A stretch of 62,123 nucleotides of DNA, filler included, from Choristocarpus tenellus KU-1152 (lineage: Eukaryota > Protista > Phaeophyceae): NCBI GenBank assembly GCA_964200185.2. It is 9 parts of 9 records of this genome, joined end to end, with 100 filler letters (N's around TTAATTAATTAA, not from the genome) between each part and the next. Parts side by side here need not be neighbours in the genome. Positions count along the whole stretch, not along the records: positions 38,009 to 49,241 come from CAXNAD020002440.1; positions 49,342 to 52,586 come from CAXNAD020021297.1; 7 more parts are not named here. One strand, written 5' to 3'. Every line of letters begins with the position of its first letter. The first letter of the stretch is position 1. Of this stretch, positions 38,009 to 49,539 are shown in pieces. The position numbers and the translations under genes were made by a program. Below the pieces are notes generated by a model, which had not been told where the DNA came from, did not search any database, and saw nothing but the letters and a program-made list of their open reading frames with translations.

Positions 38009-41000
38009 CTCTTCAACTGGTGCTGCAGGTGTCGTGTCTCCATACTCAGCTCTTCTCGAAGTACGTCTTCTGTAACCGACGGCCTCCTCCATCGGGACTC
38101 GCCCCCAAATCGATTTAATGCTAACCTTGAGTACTTAGCACAATTCAATAAGTCGTGCTAGCTAGCTAGCATGGTAAAGAAATTGTTGTTCCCAAGACTT
38201 GTGTATGTAAATGACTCGATTAATTCCTTATTATGCAGAACAGGTTGTACATGAAGTAAGGAAGGTAAAACAAAAAAAAAGAGTGAGCTTCAAAGTTCAA
38301 AGGGGGTCATCACCTTACGATTCTCATATTCTAATAACACGTCAATCAATCCATGATTTGCTATGTTACTTGCTACAACATTCCTTTTCTAGGATTCTTC
38401 TTGTACTATAATAACCCGGACAATATTTCCGTTATCATCTGACAAAAACATTACTATCAATTATCCCGTTATTCAACAATAGTTCAACCACTAAATATTT
38501 CTCCCACAGAATCATATTTTACACATGAAGAAAAAGCATATTCTTAACAGAGGCACTCACGGGGCCTCACAAACGAGAATGGCAAGCGGCAATGGAGAAC
38601 ATGGAGCAGCAAAGGATGAAAGGAACATTCATAGAGGGAAAGGTTTTGACATGGCGAAGAAATCCTGTCAAGACTAATTATGAATATAAGATAAATCCAA
38701 CAGCTGAGGGGATCACTGAAAAGTTCAAGGCCAGGTTGGTGGAACAGGATTTCACTCAATGAGAGGATATACAAGACATTCAATTATGATAGGCTTCAAG
38801 CCTGGCGGAGTGAGTGCTACGTCAACAAGAGAAACAACAAAAGGGGGCTGGATCAAATTTATACTCATATACTAAGTGAGGGATCATCATGGGACACGAT
38901 TGTACATGACTGTATTAGTGCATTAAAAGAAGCAGGTACTAGACTTCGTAAACAATGTGTTGACTAGATGAATGACGTATGTTCGAGTTCAAGCAATCAG
39001 TGTTTTATGTGTTGACAAAATAATGTGATGTATGTGAGAATTCAACTAATCTGACGTCTTTCCCCTCAACTCTCATGGAGGAGTGTGCAAAATAGGACAA
39101 TAGTGAGGTGTACCTCGATTTGTGGATATGAGATCATTGTGTAGAACAGAGTCCATGAGATCTACCTAATAAGTTAATACATCCAAATTACGTACGAGAT
39201 TATGTATCTCTATTATTTCTGCATTCAACGAATTTGACATAACTGTTGACTTAGGTAGGAAGCACAAACAATAATAATAATAAACAAGCAATGAAAAGAC
39301 ACCCCACAGAGATCACTCTTCTAATTTCACATATTAGCACAAACCATATTATCACGTTCAGCAAAGGGGAATCGTGTGAGACTTAACACCTTTGTATAGT
39401 CACTGCTGACAATTAGCATTACCTCCCAAACAAACCATCCCGAACGCACGAAGACGCTTGTAGTTAAATGACTGGCTGGTCAGGCGCTCGCATGGTGTCT
39501 CGCCACCCAGGTATTCCTGTAGCATGCCTGTCTTGTACGTGATATCTGCCATCGCAAAAAAAAAGAATTCCTTCCCAAGTCCAGCCTAGGTTAGCTGACT
39601 TCGCCCTGTTTGCATCACGTACTTGATTGCCCGCTCAGAAATCCCGCTGCTCTGGGGCGTGCGTGAGAGAATCTTGCGCCACTTCACCCTCCGCTCTGTC
39701 AGCATGCGCTGGAACCTTACGCTTCTCCCGAACTCGCCAGCGATACCCCCACTATTGCACGTCAGTCACCATCACCCCTTGTCGAGCCATTTCGTCGATG
39801 TAGGCAGCGGTGGACGCGTTAGTGGCGTCCTTGGTACGCAGACCCATCACGCGCTTCTCCCGGCTGGCCTCATCCACATACACCTGAAAGTACTTCATAC
39901 CCGTCACCTCCGGGTCGAAGGGTTCCTCCACGTCTGTGTGCACCACCTCCCCCACCATCTTGGGACTTCGGCCGCCCAGTCCTTGCGTAACTGAGTGCCT
40001 CGGACTTGCACTCCTTGCGTACCTGGCATTGGAGCTCTGAGGCTACTGTGGCATCTGCGATGTCCAGGAGGCCTCGTTTCTCCAGATGCATAATCGCGAA
40101 TGGGTTGAGGTGACCCATGATGTTGTGACAGTCGGAGAGGGAGAGGCGCTGCTGCTTATTGGCGTAACTAGCATTGACCGTTGCCTCGCCCTTCTTCCCC
40201 TTTTTTACGTGAAACTAGACCCGCAGCATCAGCAAGACTCCCTTCTCCTCCAAGTGGATCTTGGCTGCCCCCTTGTTGGGCTTGATGTAGCTCCTCTAGA
40301 TCCCTGAGTCCACGAACTCACCTCCCTTGCGCCCCAAGCTGCCTGTGCTGAGAAGCCTGCATGGTAGACACGGTGCCCAGAGCACATCGTGGAGAACAAT
40401 CGTGGTTGGCGTGCCCGTCTCGTCAGTTGCCTCCAGTACCATCTTGCTGGTTGCTCATGAGTCCATTGTACCTTTGTTTCCAAAGGTGCAGGTGCGGGTG
40501 AGAGCTGTTGCTGCAGTGACGTCCTGCAGTCGGGGGGAGGGGGGGGTAAGGTGCACGTTTGCACCCGAGTCGCACAGTAGGCTGATGGTCTTGGACATAT
40601 CTAGAGATAAGGACAGGAGCGCTGCCTCGACCATCCTGTTGTACACGCCCTCCCCTACCGACACGTTCATAGCCAGGAACGCCTTCGATTAACCTTGGCG
40701 ATGAGCCTTGCCGCAGCCTCCGCCACCGCTACTCCGGTCCATGGTTGGTGTTGGTGGAAATTTGCGCGCCGACCCAGGCCAGTGGGGGCAGGAGGAGGTT
40801 TGCCAGCCAAGTACGAGTGGCACTCTTTCCATCTGCGGTTGAATTTGAGACAGAAAGCACATTGGTTCGTACCGAGGCCGCTCCCGGACCCCTGTCTCCC
40901 TGTTGATGTCCCTGCACCTGTGTGGATCGCCATAGCCCCCGAGCTCCTAGTCTTTTCTCCTGTGACCTCTGTGGTCATGTATGAAGAGGAGGAGATGATG

Positions 41001-41419
41001 GCGTTTTGGAGTTGGTCGTAGGTGATGTCTGGAGTTGTGGACAGCTGTACAAGCAAGCACCTGTGGCATGCTGTCCCTGATGCCGATGATCGGAGCCCCC
41101 TCTTGATCGGAGCCCTTCTTGGCGTAGTCCTCCTTGGTCGCCTCCAGCTGCTCGTACTCTGTCCAGACGTGATCGAGACGGACGACGAAGTCGGCAGCGT
41201 ACTCTACCGACGAGCAGTACATGTTGCGCAGCTACATTTCGAGAGCTATGAGCTCCATGGGCCGCTGGATCACAGCACGCCCCCCATAGATATGCTCCAA
41301 CTCGAGCCAGGCTACCCTCGCGTCGGGGCTGCCGTTATATTCATGGGTGCTGACCACCATGGCAGCAGCCCCCCACGTGGCCTCGCCCAGTAGGAACCAC
41401 AAGGCCTCGCGATGCTTGA
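38009..41419. repeat. Left arm of a 3411-bp inverted repeat (partner 45831-49241)
   Basis: The contig start is the reverse complement of the contig end. Paired ORFs mirror with coordinate sum 87250 (for example 40667-41056 minus and 46194-46583 plus). Confidence 0.97.
38450..39429 (+). mobile_element. Decayed copia family B: RT relic, PPT and 3' LTR (39084-39429, end truncated)
   Basis: EWQAAME (~38577) and KFKARLV (~38721) RT motifs are followed by CTCTCATGGAGGAG-TGTGCAAAATAGG. The left boundary is approximate. Confidence 0.8.
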
Positions 41420-41945
41420 TGTACAGTCGCTTGCCGCACGAATAGCTCACCAGCGCCATTGCTAGTATGCCCACTTCTCCCTAGTATGCCCACATGCGCC
41501 TCTCCGTAGTGGCAGAGCTTACCTAAGTCTGTTTCCATACCTGTGTGGCTCATAACCTGTGCAAAAAGAGCTGTTGGAATAAGGTTTTTGCTTTATGTGG
41601 TACGAATGAATTTGGTAGCGGAATGAGCATATGAATGATTTTATTAGTTGAATGAACACCATCACTCGAAGGGGGGGAGTGCTCTACCTCATTATCTATC
41701 GCGCACGTCAACAGACACTTCGGGAGTTGTCTGTGTCATTGGCACTAACATTACTCATTCTGCGTCATTAGTACTGCATCAGCCGTTCGAGGTCAGCCAT
41801 CAAGTATAACAATACTGACCTGTAGAGATTTAAAGCTATGACTTTGGGCGTGCTGAAGTAAGTGATTGACAACTATGCCACGCTAATACACGACACTGGT
41901 TAGCAACTTCAGAGATACCCTTAGCCTACCATTCTATATTGCACA
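39430..41945 (-). mobile_element. Copia family A, 5' half: LTR 41558-41945, PBS 41547-41557, degenerate gag-protease-integrase
   Basis: The LTR reads TGTGCAATA...TTTTTGCACA and is followed by GGTTATGAGCC. Motifs: zinc-knuckle relic CAFC...WKEC, protease LCDSGANVH, integrase GHLN, VHTDVEEP and VYVDEASR. Multiple stops and frameshifts. Confidence 0.92.
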
Positions 41946-44900
41946 CAGCCCAACAAGGAAGCAGCTAAGATGCATCTGGAGGAAAAAGGAGTCTTCCTTC
42001 CTGATGCTGCGGGTCTAGTTTCACGTAAAAAAAGGGGAAGAAGTGCAAGGCGACAGCCAGTGCTAGTTACACCAATAAGCAGCAGCGCCTCTCTCTCTCC
42101 GACTGGCCCAACATCATGTGTCACATCAACTTATTCGCGATCAAGCACCTGCAGAAGTGCGGCCTCCTGGACATCGCAGATGCCACAGTCGCCTCAGAGC
42201 TCAAATGCCAGGTACGCAAGGAGTGCAAGTCCGAGGCACTCAGTTACGCACAGGATGGTTGCAGCCCCAAGACGGTGGGGAAGGTGGTGCACACAGACGT
42301 GGAGGAACCCTTCGACCCGGAGGTGACGGGTATGAAGTACTTTCAGGTATTCGTGGATGAGGCCAACCGGGAGAAGCGCGTGATGGGTCTGAGTACCAAG
42401 GACGCCGCTATCGCGGCCACCGCTGCCTACATCAACGAAATGGCTCGACAAGGGGTGGTGGTGACGTGCATCAGCGGGGATGGCGCTGGCGAGTTCAGGA
42501 GGAGCATAAAGTGCAATGCATGCTGACAGAGCGGGGCGTGAAATGGTGCAAGACCCCACCACGCACGCCCCAGAGCAGTGGGATTTCTGACAGGCAATCA
42601 AGTACGTGATGCAAGCGGCACGAAGTCAGCTTATCCAGGCTGGACTGGGGGAGGAGTTCTGGTTCTTCGCGGTGGCAGATATCATGTACAAGACCAAAGG
42701 CATTCCACACGAATACCTGGGTGGCGACACACCATACGAGGGCCTGACCAGCCAGTCATTCAACTACAAGCGGCCCTGTGCGTTCGGGACGGAGTGCTTC
42801 GTGCATTAGACCAAGCAAAAGCGGGGCGCCAACGCCAAATTCCATCCGTACACGAAGCGGGGGGTCCTCGTTGGGCACGACAGGGCGTCACTATGCTGGC
42901 ATGTGTGGATTCCGTAGGAAGATAAGCTGGTGAGATCTGCGCAGGTGAAATTCCAGCCTGAAGCCAAAGTGCTGGAACTGTTGAGGGGGGCAGAGCTGGG
43001 CACACTGGGGGAGTTGGAGCACGACGATGCCATGAACATCGATATCGAAGAAGAGGAGGCGTCCGCAACAGGGGGCAAGGCACACACGGTTAGGCACGTG
43101 GGCGGGAGGAGTACTGGTCGTGGGACTCAAGATCCTCAAAGCGCTCAGCACCCCAAGGTCAACAGGTTTCTCCCAGGATGGGACAATGCCAACGCATAGA
43201 TAGGGCAGCGCAGATAGCGGCCAAGCGCCTAGTCCCACATTCTTGACAGCTGGTATCTTCCATGCTGGAGCGGCGCCAGCAGGTGGACTACACATCCCAG
43301 TTGTACGACCTTGAGGAATGTTAAGACACGGTCATGAACCGCTTCGTGTCAACGCTCATACAGCAGAACAACGACAAAGTGTACGGCCTTATGGATCTCA
43401 TGGGGGAGGTGGCAACAGGTGCAGACAAGCCGTCTACAACAAAGGAGGCCCTTAGTTGGCCGGATGCAGAGCAGTGGCAGGAGGTCATGGAGAAGGATAT
43501 GATAGGACTATGGCAGAAGGGGACGTTTGGTGACAAAGCCCTGCCCCAAGGGAGGAAGGAAGGAAGGCGATCAAGACGCGATTCGTTTTCAAAATCAAGT
43601 GCTCCGCGAGCGAGATGCTGGAACGCCAAATGGCGCGACTCGTTGCTCACGGCTTCACACAAAAGTGGACTTGTTCGAAACTTTCAGCCCGGTGGTGGGG
43701 TACGATACACTACAGCGCGTTTTATCCGTTGCAGAGTACAGAGGTTGGAGCATTGACGCCCTGGACTTCACACAGGCCTACCTCAGCGCAGACCTGCAGG
43801 AGGACGTCTGGTTGGAGCTTCCTGACGGTCGCATCATCAAGGCAGGGAAGGCAATCTATGGGCTGAAGCAGTCTGTCATGGGGTGGTATCATGATCAACG
43901 GGCACCATCCTGGCATAAGGGTGGACGAGCAGTCAACACGACAAGTGCATCTACTTCAGGAAGAGCGAAGACAGGCGCATCGCCATCCTCACCACCTACA
44001 TGGACGACACTGCCACCACTGGGGAATTCACCGAGGTGTCCAAAAGATGAGGGCATCACTGCTGGAGAAGTACGTGGGGAGAGACCTAGGCACGCCGGAC
44101 AAGCTGATTGGGGTGGGCATCACTGTGGGTGTTAACGGAATCACCCCGGACCAACAGCTATACGCGGAGAGCATTATTATGACCGGGATGGGCTCCACGG
44201 AAGTGCGGGACATAGAACCAAAATACCTTAGAGGGTAGATCCGTGTCCATTTGGGGCCAAAATCCAATGTTGCGATTTTGATGTAATTTGGGCTATCGTG
44301 TTTGCTAGGAAGTGTCAATATCCATTTTCTGGACACAACATTTTCATAATGTATACATTTTGCCTACTTCGAAACATTTTCAAGTAGGAAATGCCATAAA
44401 AAAAAGGTCAGAAGTCAAGCCCCAAATGGATAAACAGGTCAAAACTCGTACCCTCTAAGATAATTTCACTCATATCTACACAGCTCGACCTCGGCATGGA
44501 TCTCTCTGCCAGGCACGACAATGAGGAGGAACTAAATCCCATCATTTACCCTTACGCCAGCATCCTCGGTCAACTCAGCTTTCTATCAGCGATGGCTCGC
44601 CCGGACCTGACCAACAGCGTTTGTGAACTTGGGCGCAGGGCGGTGTCTCCATGCATGCGACACTGGCGCGGACTGCAACATGTTCTGCGCTACGTAGCAG
44701 GGACACTGGATGTCTGCATTCGCTATGGTCGGGGGAGTAAGGATATGAACGGAGGGGACGGAGAGCTTTTTCTTGGTTGGGTATAGGGATTCCGACTGGG
44801 CTACCAACTCTCGAAGGCGTAGAAGTGTCATGAGCTAGCTATTACTATTCAAAGGATTGCCGATCGCCTCCAAGCTTCAAGGCACCCTCACCCTCTCCAG

Positions 44901-45607
44901 CTCGGAGGCAGAGTGGACGGCAATAGCATACGGCATTCGCCACTGTATTTTTCTTCGAGGCATTCTGGGGGATATCGGCGTACTGCAGGACCAGACTCCC
45001 TGGTTATGTGACAACCGCAGGGCTATTCAGGTGGGCAGCATCACAGGTTTCAACGAGAGAACGTAGCACGTGGACAAGAAGCTGAAGTGCACCAGAGAAT
45101 ACGTGGACCAGGGTCTGTTCCGCGTACGACATGTTCCTACATCCAAACAGATGGTCGAAATTTTGACCAATTCTTTGCGAAAAAAATATACTTCCAATTT
45201 TATGCATTCCGTGCTTTCGTGTTGAGATTGAGCGTTTGTCAGCACCTTTGCTGCACGCTCATAGGGTAGTGTGCAATACATATAGGCTGTTAGTGTAACG
45301 GTTCTTCTGAAGATTTTTCATTGCGCGTAGCGTATGTCAAAGATGTTAGCTGAATGGCTTAATTGTCAATCACATATTCTGCACGGTTAGAGTCATGGAT
45401 TCTCGACGGGCAAGGTCTTTTATTTTTAGTTTGCTTCAATTGGCTGACGCGGTACAACTGACACAAACATGTTCTGACGTGTCTGCTGACGTGCGCAATA
45501 GATAACGAGGTAGAGCACTCCCCCCCGAGGGATGGTACTCACTCCACTAATTAATTCATCCGTAACATATAAAGCAAAAACTCTACTCGAACAGCTCTTT
45601 TTGCAGA
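41946..45607 (+). mobile_element. Copia family A, 3' part: integrase-RT-RNase H pseudogene, PPT and LTR 45270-45607
   Basis: Integrase: VHTDV, VFVDE, SGDGAGEF, PQSSG. RT: ARLVAHGFTQ, LDFTQAYL, KAIYGLKQS, TYMDD, ARPDL. RNase H: DSDWA, LSSSEAE, CDNR. Domain order INT-RT-RH is copia-type. The LTR begins TGTGCAATA. Confidence 0.95.
44215..44471 (-). mobile_element. MITE family A inserted in the copia RT region, TSD ATA
   Basis: ATA|GAACCAAAATACCTTAGAGGGTA...TACCCTCTAAGATAATTTCACTC|ATA. RT-derived sequence resumes afterwards. Confidence 0.93.
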
Positions 45608-47820
45608 GGTTATGCGCCTCATAGGTATTGAAACGGACCCATCTAAGCTCTGCCACTATGGAGTGACGCGCATTGGCATACAAGCGAGAAGTGGGCAGAA
45701 TGGTGGATGGCGCTGGTGAGCTATTAGGGCGGCAAGGGGCTGTACCGCAGCCTCCAACCAGCATACCACATCCCTGCACCTCCTACGGCTGATACATCGT
45801 TTGAAGAACGCAGCACGTACAACGAGTATGTCAAGCATCGCGAGGCCTTGTGGTTCCTGCTGGGCGAGGCCACGTGGGGGGCTGCTGCCATGGTGGTCAG
45901 CACCCATGAATATAACGGCAGCCCCGACGCGAGGGTAGCCTGGCTCGAGTTGGAGCATATCTATGGGGGGCGTGCTGTGATCCAGCGGCCCATGGAGCTC
46001 ATAGCTCTCGAAATGTAGCTGCGCAACATGTACTGCTCGTCGGTAGAGTACGCTGCCGACTTCGTCATCCGTCTCGATCACGTCTGGACAGAGTACGAGC
46101 AGCTGGAGGCGACCAAGGAGGACTACGCCAAGAAGGGCTCCGATCAAGAGGGGGCTCCGATCATCGGCATCAGGGACAGCATGCCACAGGTGCTTGCCTG
46201 TACAGCTGTCCACAACTCCAGACATCACCTACGACCAACTCCAAAGCGCCATCATCTCCTCCTCTTCATACATGACCACAGAGGTCACAGGAGAAAAGAC
46301 TAGGAGCTCGGGGGCTATGGCGATCCACACAGGTGCAGGGACATCAACAGGGAGACAGGGGTCCGGGAGCGGCCTCGGTACGAACCAATGTGCTTTCTGT
46401 CTCAAATTCAACCGCAGATGGAAAGAGTGCCACTCGTACTTGGCTGGCAAACCTCCTCCTGCCCCCACTGGCCTGGGTCGGCGCGCAAATTTCCACCAAC
46501 ACCAACCATGGACCGGAGTAGCGGTGGCGGAGGCTGCGGCAAGGCTCATCGCCAAGGTTAATCGAAGGCGTTCCTGGCTATGAACGTGTCGGTAGGGGAG
46601 GGCGTGTACAACAGGATGGTCGAGGCAGCGCTCCTGTCCTTATCTCTAGATATGTCCAAGACCATCAGCCTACTGTGCGACTCGGGTGCAAACGTGCACC
46701 TTACCCCCCCCTCCCCCCGACTGCAGGACGTCACTGCAGCAACAGCTCTCACCCGCACCTGCACCTTTGGAAACAAAGGTACAATGGACTCATGAGCAAC
46801 CAGCAAGATGGTACTGGAGGCAACTGACGAGACGGGCACGCCAACCACGATTGTTCTCCACGATGTGCTCTGGGCACCGTGTCTACCATGCAGGCTTCTC
46901 AGCACAGGCAGCTTGGGGCGCAAGGGAGGTGAGTTCGTGGACTCAGGGATCTAGAGGAGCTACATCAAGCCCAACAAGGGGGCAGCCAAGATCCACTTGG
47001 AGGAGAAGGGAGTCTTGCTGATGCTGCGGGTCTAGTTTCACGTAAAAAAGGGGAAGAAGGGCGAGGCAACGGTCAATGCTAGTTACGCCAATAAGCAGCA
47101 GCGCCTCTCCCTCTCCGACTGTCACAACATCATGGGTCACCTCAACCCATTCGCGATTATGCATCTGGAGAAACGAGGCCTCCTGGACATCGCAGATGCC
47201 ACAGTAGCCTCAGAGCTCCAATGCCAGGTACGCAAGGAGTGCAAGTCCGAGGCACTCAGTTACGCAAGGACTGGGCGGCCGAAGTCCCAAGATGGTGGGG
47301 GAGGTGGTGCACACAGACGTGGAGGAACCCTTCGACCCGGAGGTGACGGGTATGAAGTACTTTCAGGTGTATGTGGATGAGGCCAGCCGGGAGAAGCGCG
47401 TGATGGGTCTGCGTACCAAGGACGCCACTAACGCGTCCACCGCTGCCTACATCGACGAAATGGCTCGACAAGGGGTGATGGTGACTGACGTGCAATAGTG
47501 GGGGTATCGCTGGCGAGTTCGGGAGAAGCGTAAGGTTCCAGCGCATGCTGACAGAGCGGAGGGTGAAGTGGCGCAAGATTCTCTCACGCACGCCCCAGAG
47601 CAGCGGGATTTCTGAGCGGGCAATCAAGTACGTGATGCAAACAGGGCGAAGTCAGCTAACCTAGGCTGGACTTGGGAAGGAATTCTTTTTTTTTGCGATG
47701 GCAGATATCACGTACAAGACAGGCATGCTACAGGAATACCTGGGTGGCGAGACACCATGCGAGCGCCTGACCAGCCAGTCATTTAACTACAAGCGTCTTC
47801 GTGCGTTCGGGATGGTTTGT
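45608..47820 (+). mobile_element. Second copia family A internal region (PBS, gag, protease, integrase) in tandem, sharing the LTR at 45270-45607
   Basis: PBS-like GGTTATGCGCC lies immediately after the LTR end TTTTTGCAGA. The gag, protease and integrase motifs are the same as in 39430-41557. Confidence 0.9.
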
Positions 47821-49241
47821 TTGGGAGGTAATGCTAATTGTCAGCAGTGACTATACAAAGGTGTTAAGTCTCACACGATTCCCCTTTGCTGAACGTGATA
47901 ATATGGTTTGTGCTAATATGTGAAATTAGAAGAGTGATCTCTGTGGGGTGTCTTTTCATTGCTTGTTTATTATTATTATTGTTTGTGCTTCCTACCTAAG
48001 TCAACAGTTATGTCAAATTCGTTGAATGCAGAAATAATAGAGATACATAATCTCGTACGTAATTTGGATGTATTAACTTATTAGGTAGATCTCATGGACT
48101 CTGTTCTACACAATGATCTCATATCCACAAATCGAGGTACACCTCACTATTGTCCTATTTTGCACACTCCTCCATGAGAGTTGAGGGGAAAGACGTCAGA
48201 TTAGTTGAATTCTCACATACATCACATTATTTTGTCAACACATAAAACACTGATTGCTTGAACTCGAACATACGTCATTCATCTAGTCAACACATTGTTT
48301 ACGAAGTCTAGTACCTGCTTCTTTTAATGCACTAATACAGTCATGTACAATCGTGTCCCATGATGATCCCTCACTTAGTATATGAGTATAAATTTGATCC
48401 AGCCCCCTTTTGTTGTTTCTCTTGTTGACGTAGCACTCACTCCGCCAGGCTTGAAGCCTATCATAATTGAATGTCTTGTATATCCTCTCATTGAGTGAAA
48501 TCCTGTTCCACCAACCTGGCCTTGAACTTTTCAGTGATCCCCTCAGCTGTTGGATTTATCTTATATTCATAATTAGTCTTGACAGGATTTCTTCGCCATG
48601 TCAAAACCTTTCCCTCTATGAATGTTCCTTTCATCCTTTGCTGCTCCATGTTCTCCATTGCCGCTTGCCATTCTCGTTTGTGAGGCCCCGTGAGTGCCTC
48701 TGTTAAGAATATGCTTTTTCTTCATGTGTAAAATATGATTCTGTGGGAGAAATATTTAGTGGTTGAACTATTGTTGAATAACGGGATAATTGATAGTAAT
48801 GTTTTTGTCAGATGATAACGGAAATATTGTCCGGGTTATTATAGTACAAGAAGAATCCTAGAAAAGGAATGTTGTAGCAAGTAACATAGCAAATCATGGA
48901 TTGATTGACGTGTTATTAGAATATGAGAATCGTAAGGTGATGACCCCCTTTGAACTTTGAAGCTCACTCTTTTTTTTTGTTTTACCTTCCTTACTTCATG
49001 TACAACCTGTTCTGCATAATAAGGAATTAATCGAGTCATTTACATACACAAGTCTTGGGAACAACAATTTCTTTACCATGCTAGCTAGCTAGCACGACTT
49101 ATTGAATTGTGCTAAGTACTCAAGGTTAGCATTAAATCGATTTGGGGGCGAGTCCCGATGGAGGAGGCCGTCGGTTACAGAAGACGTACTTCGAGAAGAG
49201 CTGAGTATGGAGACACGACACCTGCAGCACCAGTTGAAGAG
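45831..49241. repeat. Right arm of the 3411-bp inverted repeat (includes the mirrored family B LTR 47821-48166 and RT relic on the minus strand)
   Basis: Reverse complement of 38009-41419. Confidence 0.97.
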
Positions 49242-49341
49242 NNNNNNNNNNNNNNNNNNNNNNNNNNNNNNNNNNNNNNNNNNNNTTAATTAATTAANNN
49301 NNNNNNNNNNNNNNNNNNNNNNNNNNNNNNNNNNNNNNNNN

Positions 49342-49539
49342 ACTACTTTGACATAACCGTTGACTTAGATAGGAAGCACAAATAAATAATATAGAAGCAA
49401 TGAGAAGAGACCACGCAGAGGTCACTCTTCCAATTACAACAATGTAATCACGTTCAGCAAAAAGGGGGTCGTGTGAGGCTTCACACCTTCTTATCTTCAC
49501 TACTAACAAAGAGCATTACCTCCCAAGGTAATTTGCACA
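49342..49539 (+). mobile_element. Copia family B LTR, 3' portion
   Basis: Aligns to 39232-39429 and ends GCATTACCTCCCAAGGTAATTTGCACA. Confidence 0.85.

Noticed and set aside
39430-47820. Active retrotransposon or programmed frameshifting/readthrough
   Set aside because: There are many stops and frameshifts at different places in different copies, plus a MITE inside RT. This is ordinary decay.
38009-49241. Giant TIR element (Polinton/Maverick, linear plasmid or virus)
   Set aside because: The arms and spacer consist only of decayed copia sequence. No DNA polymerase B, capsid or ATPase is visible, and the ends are simply contig ends.
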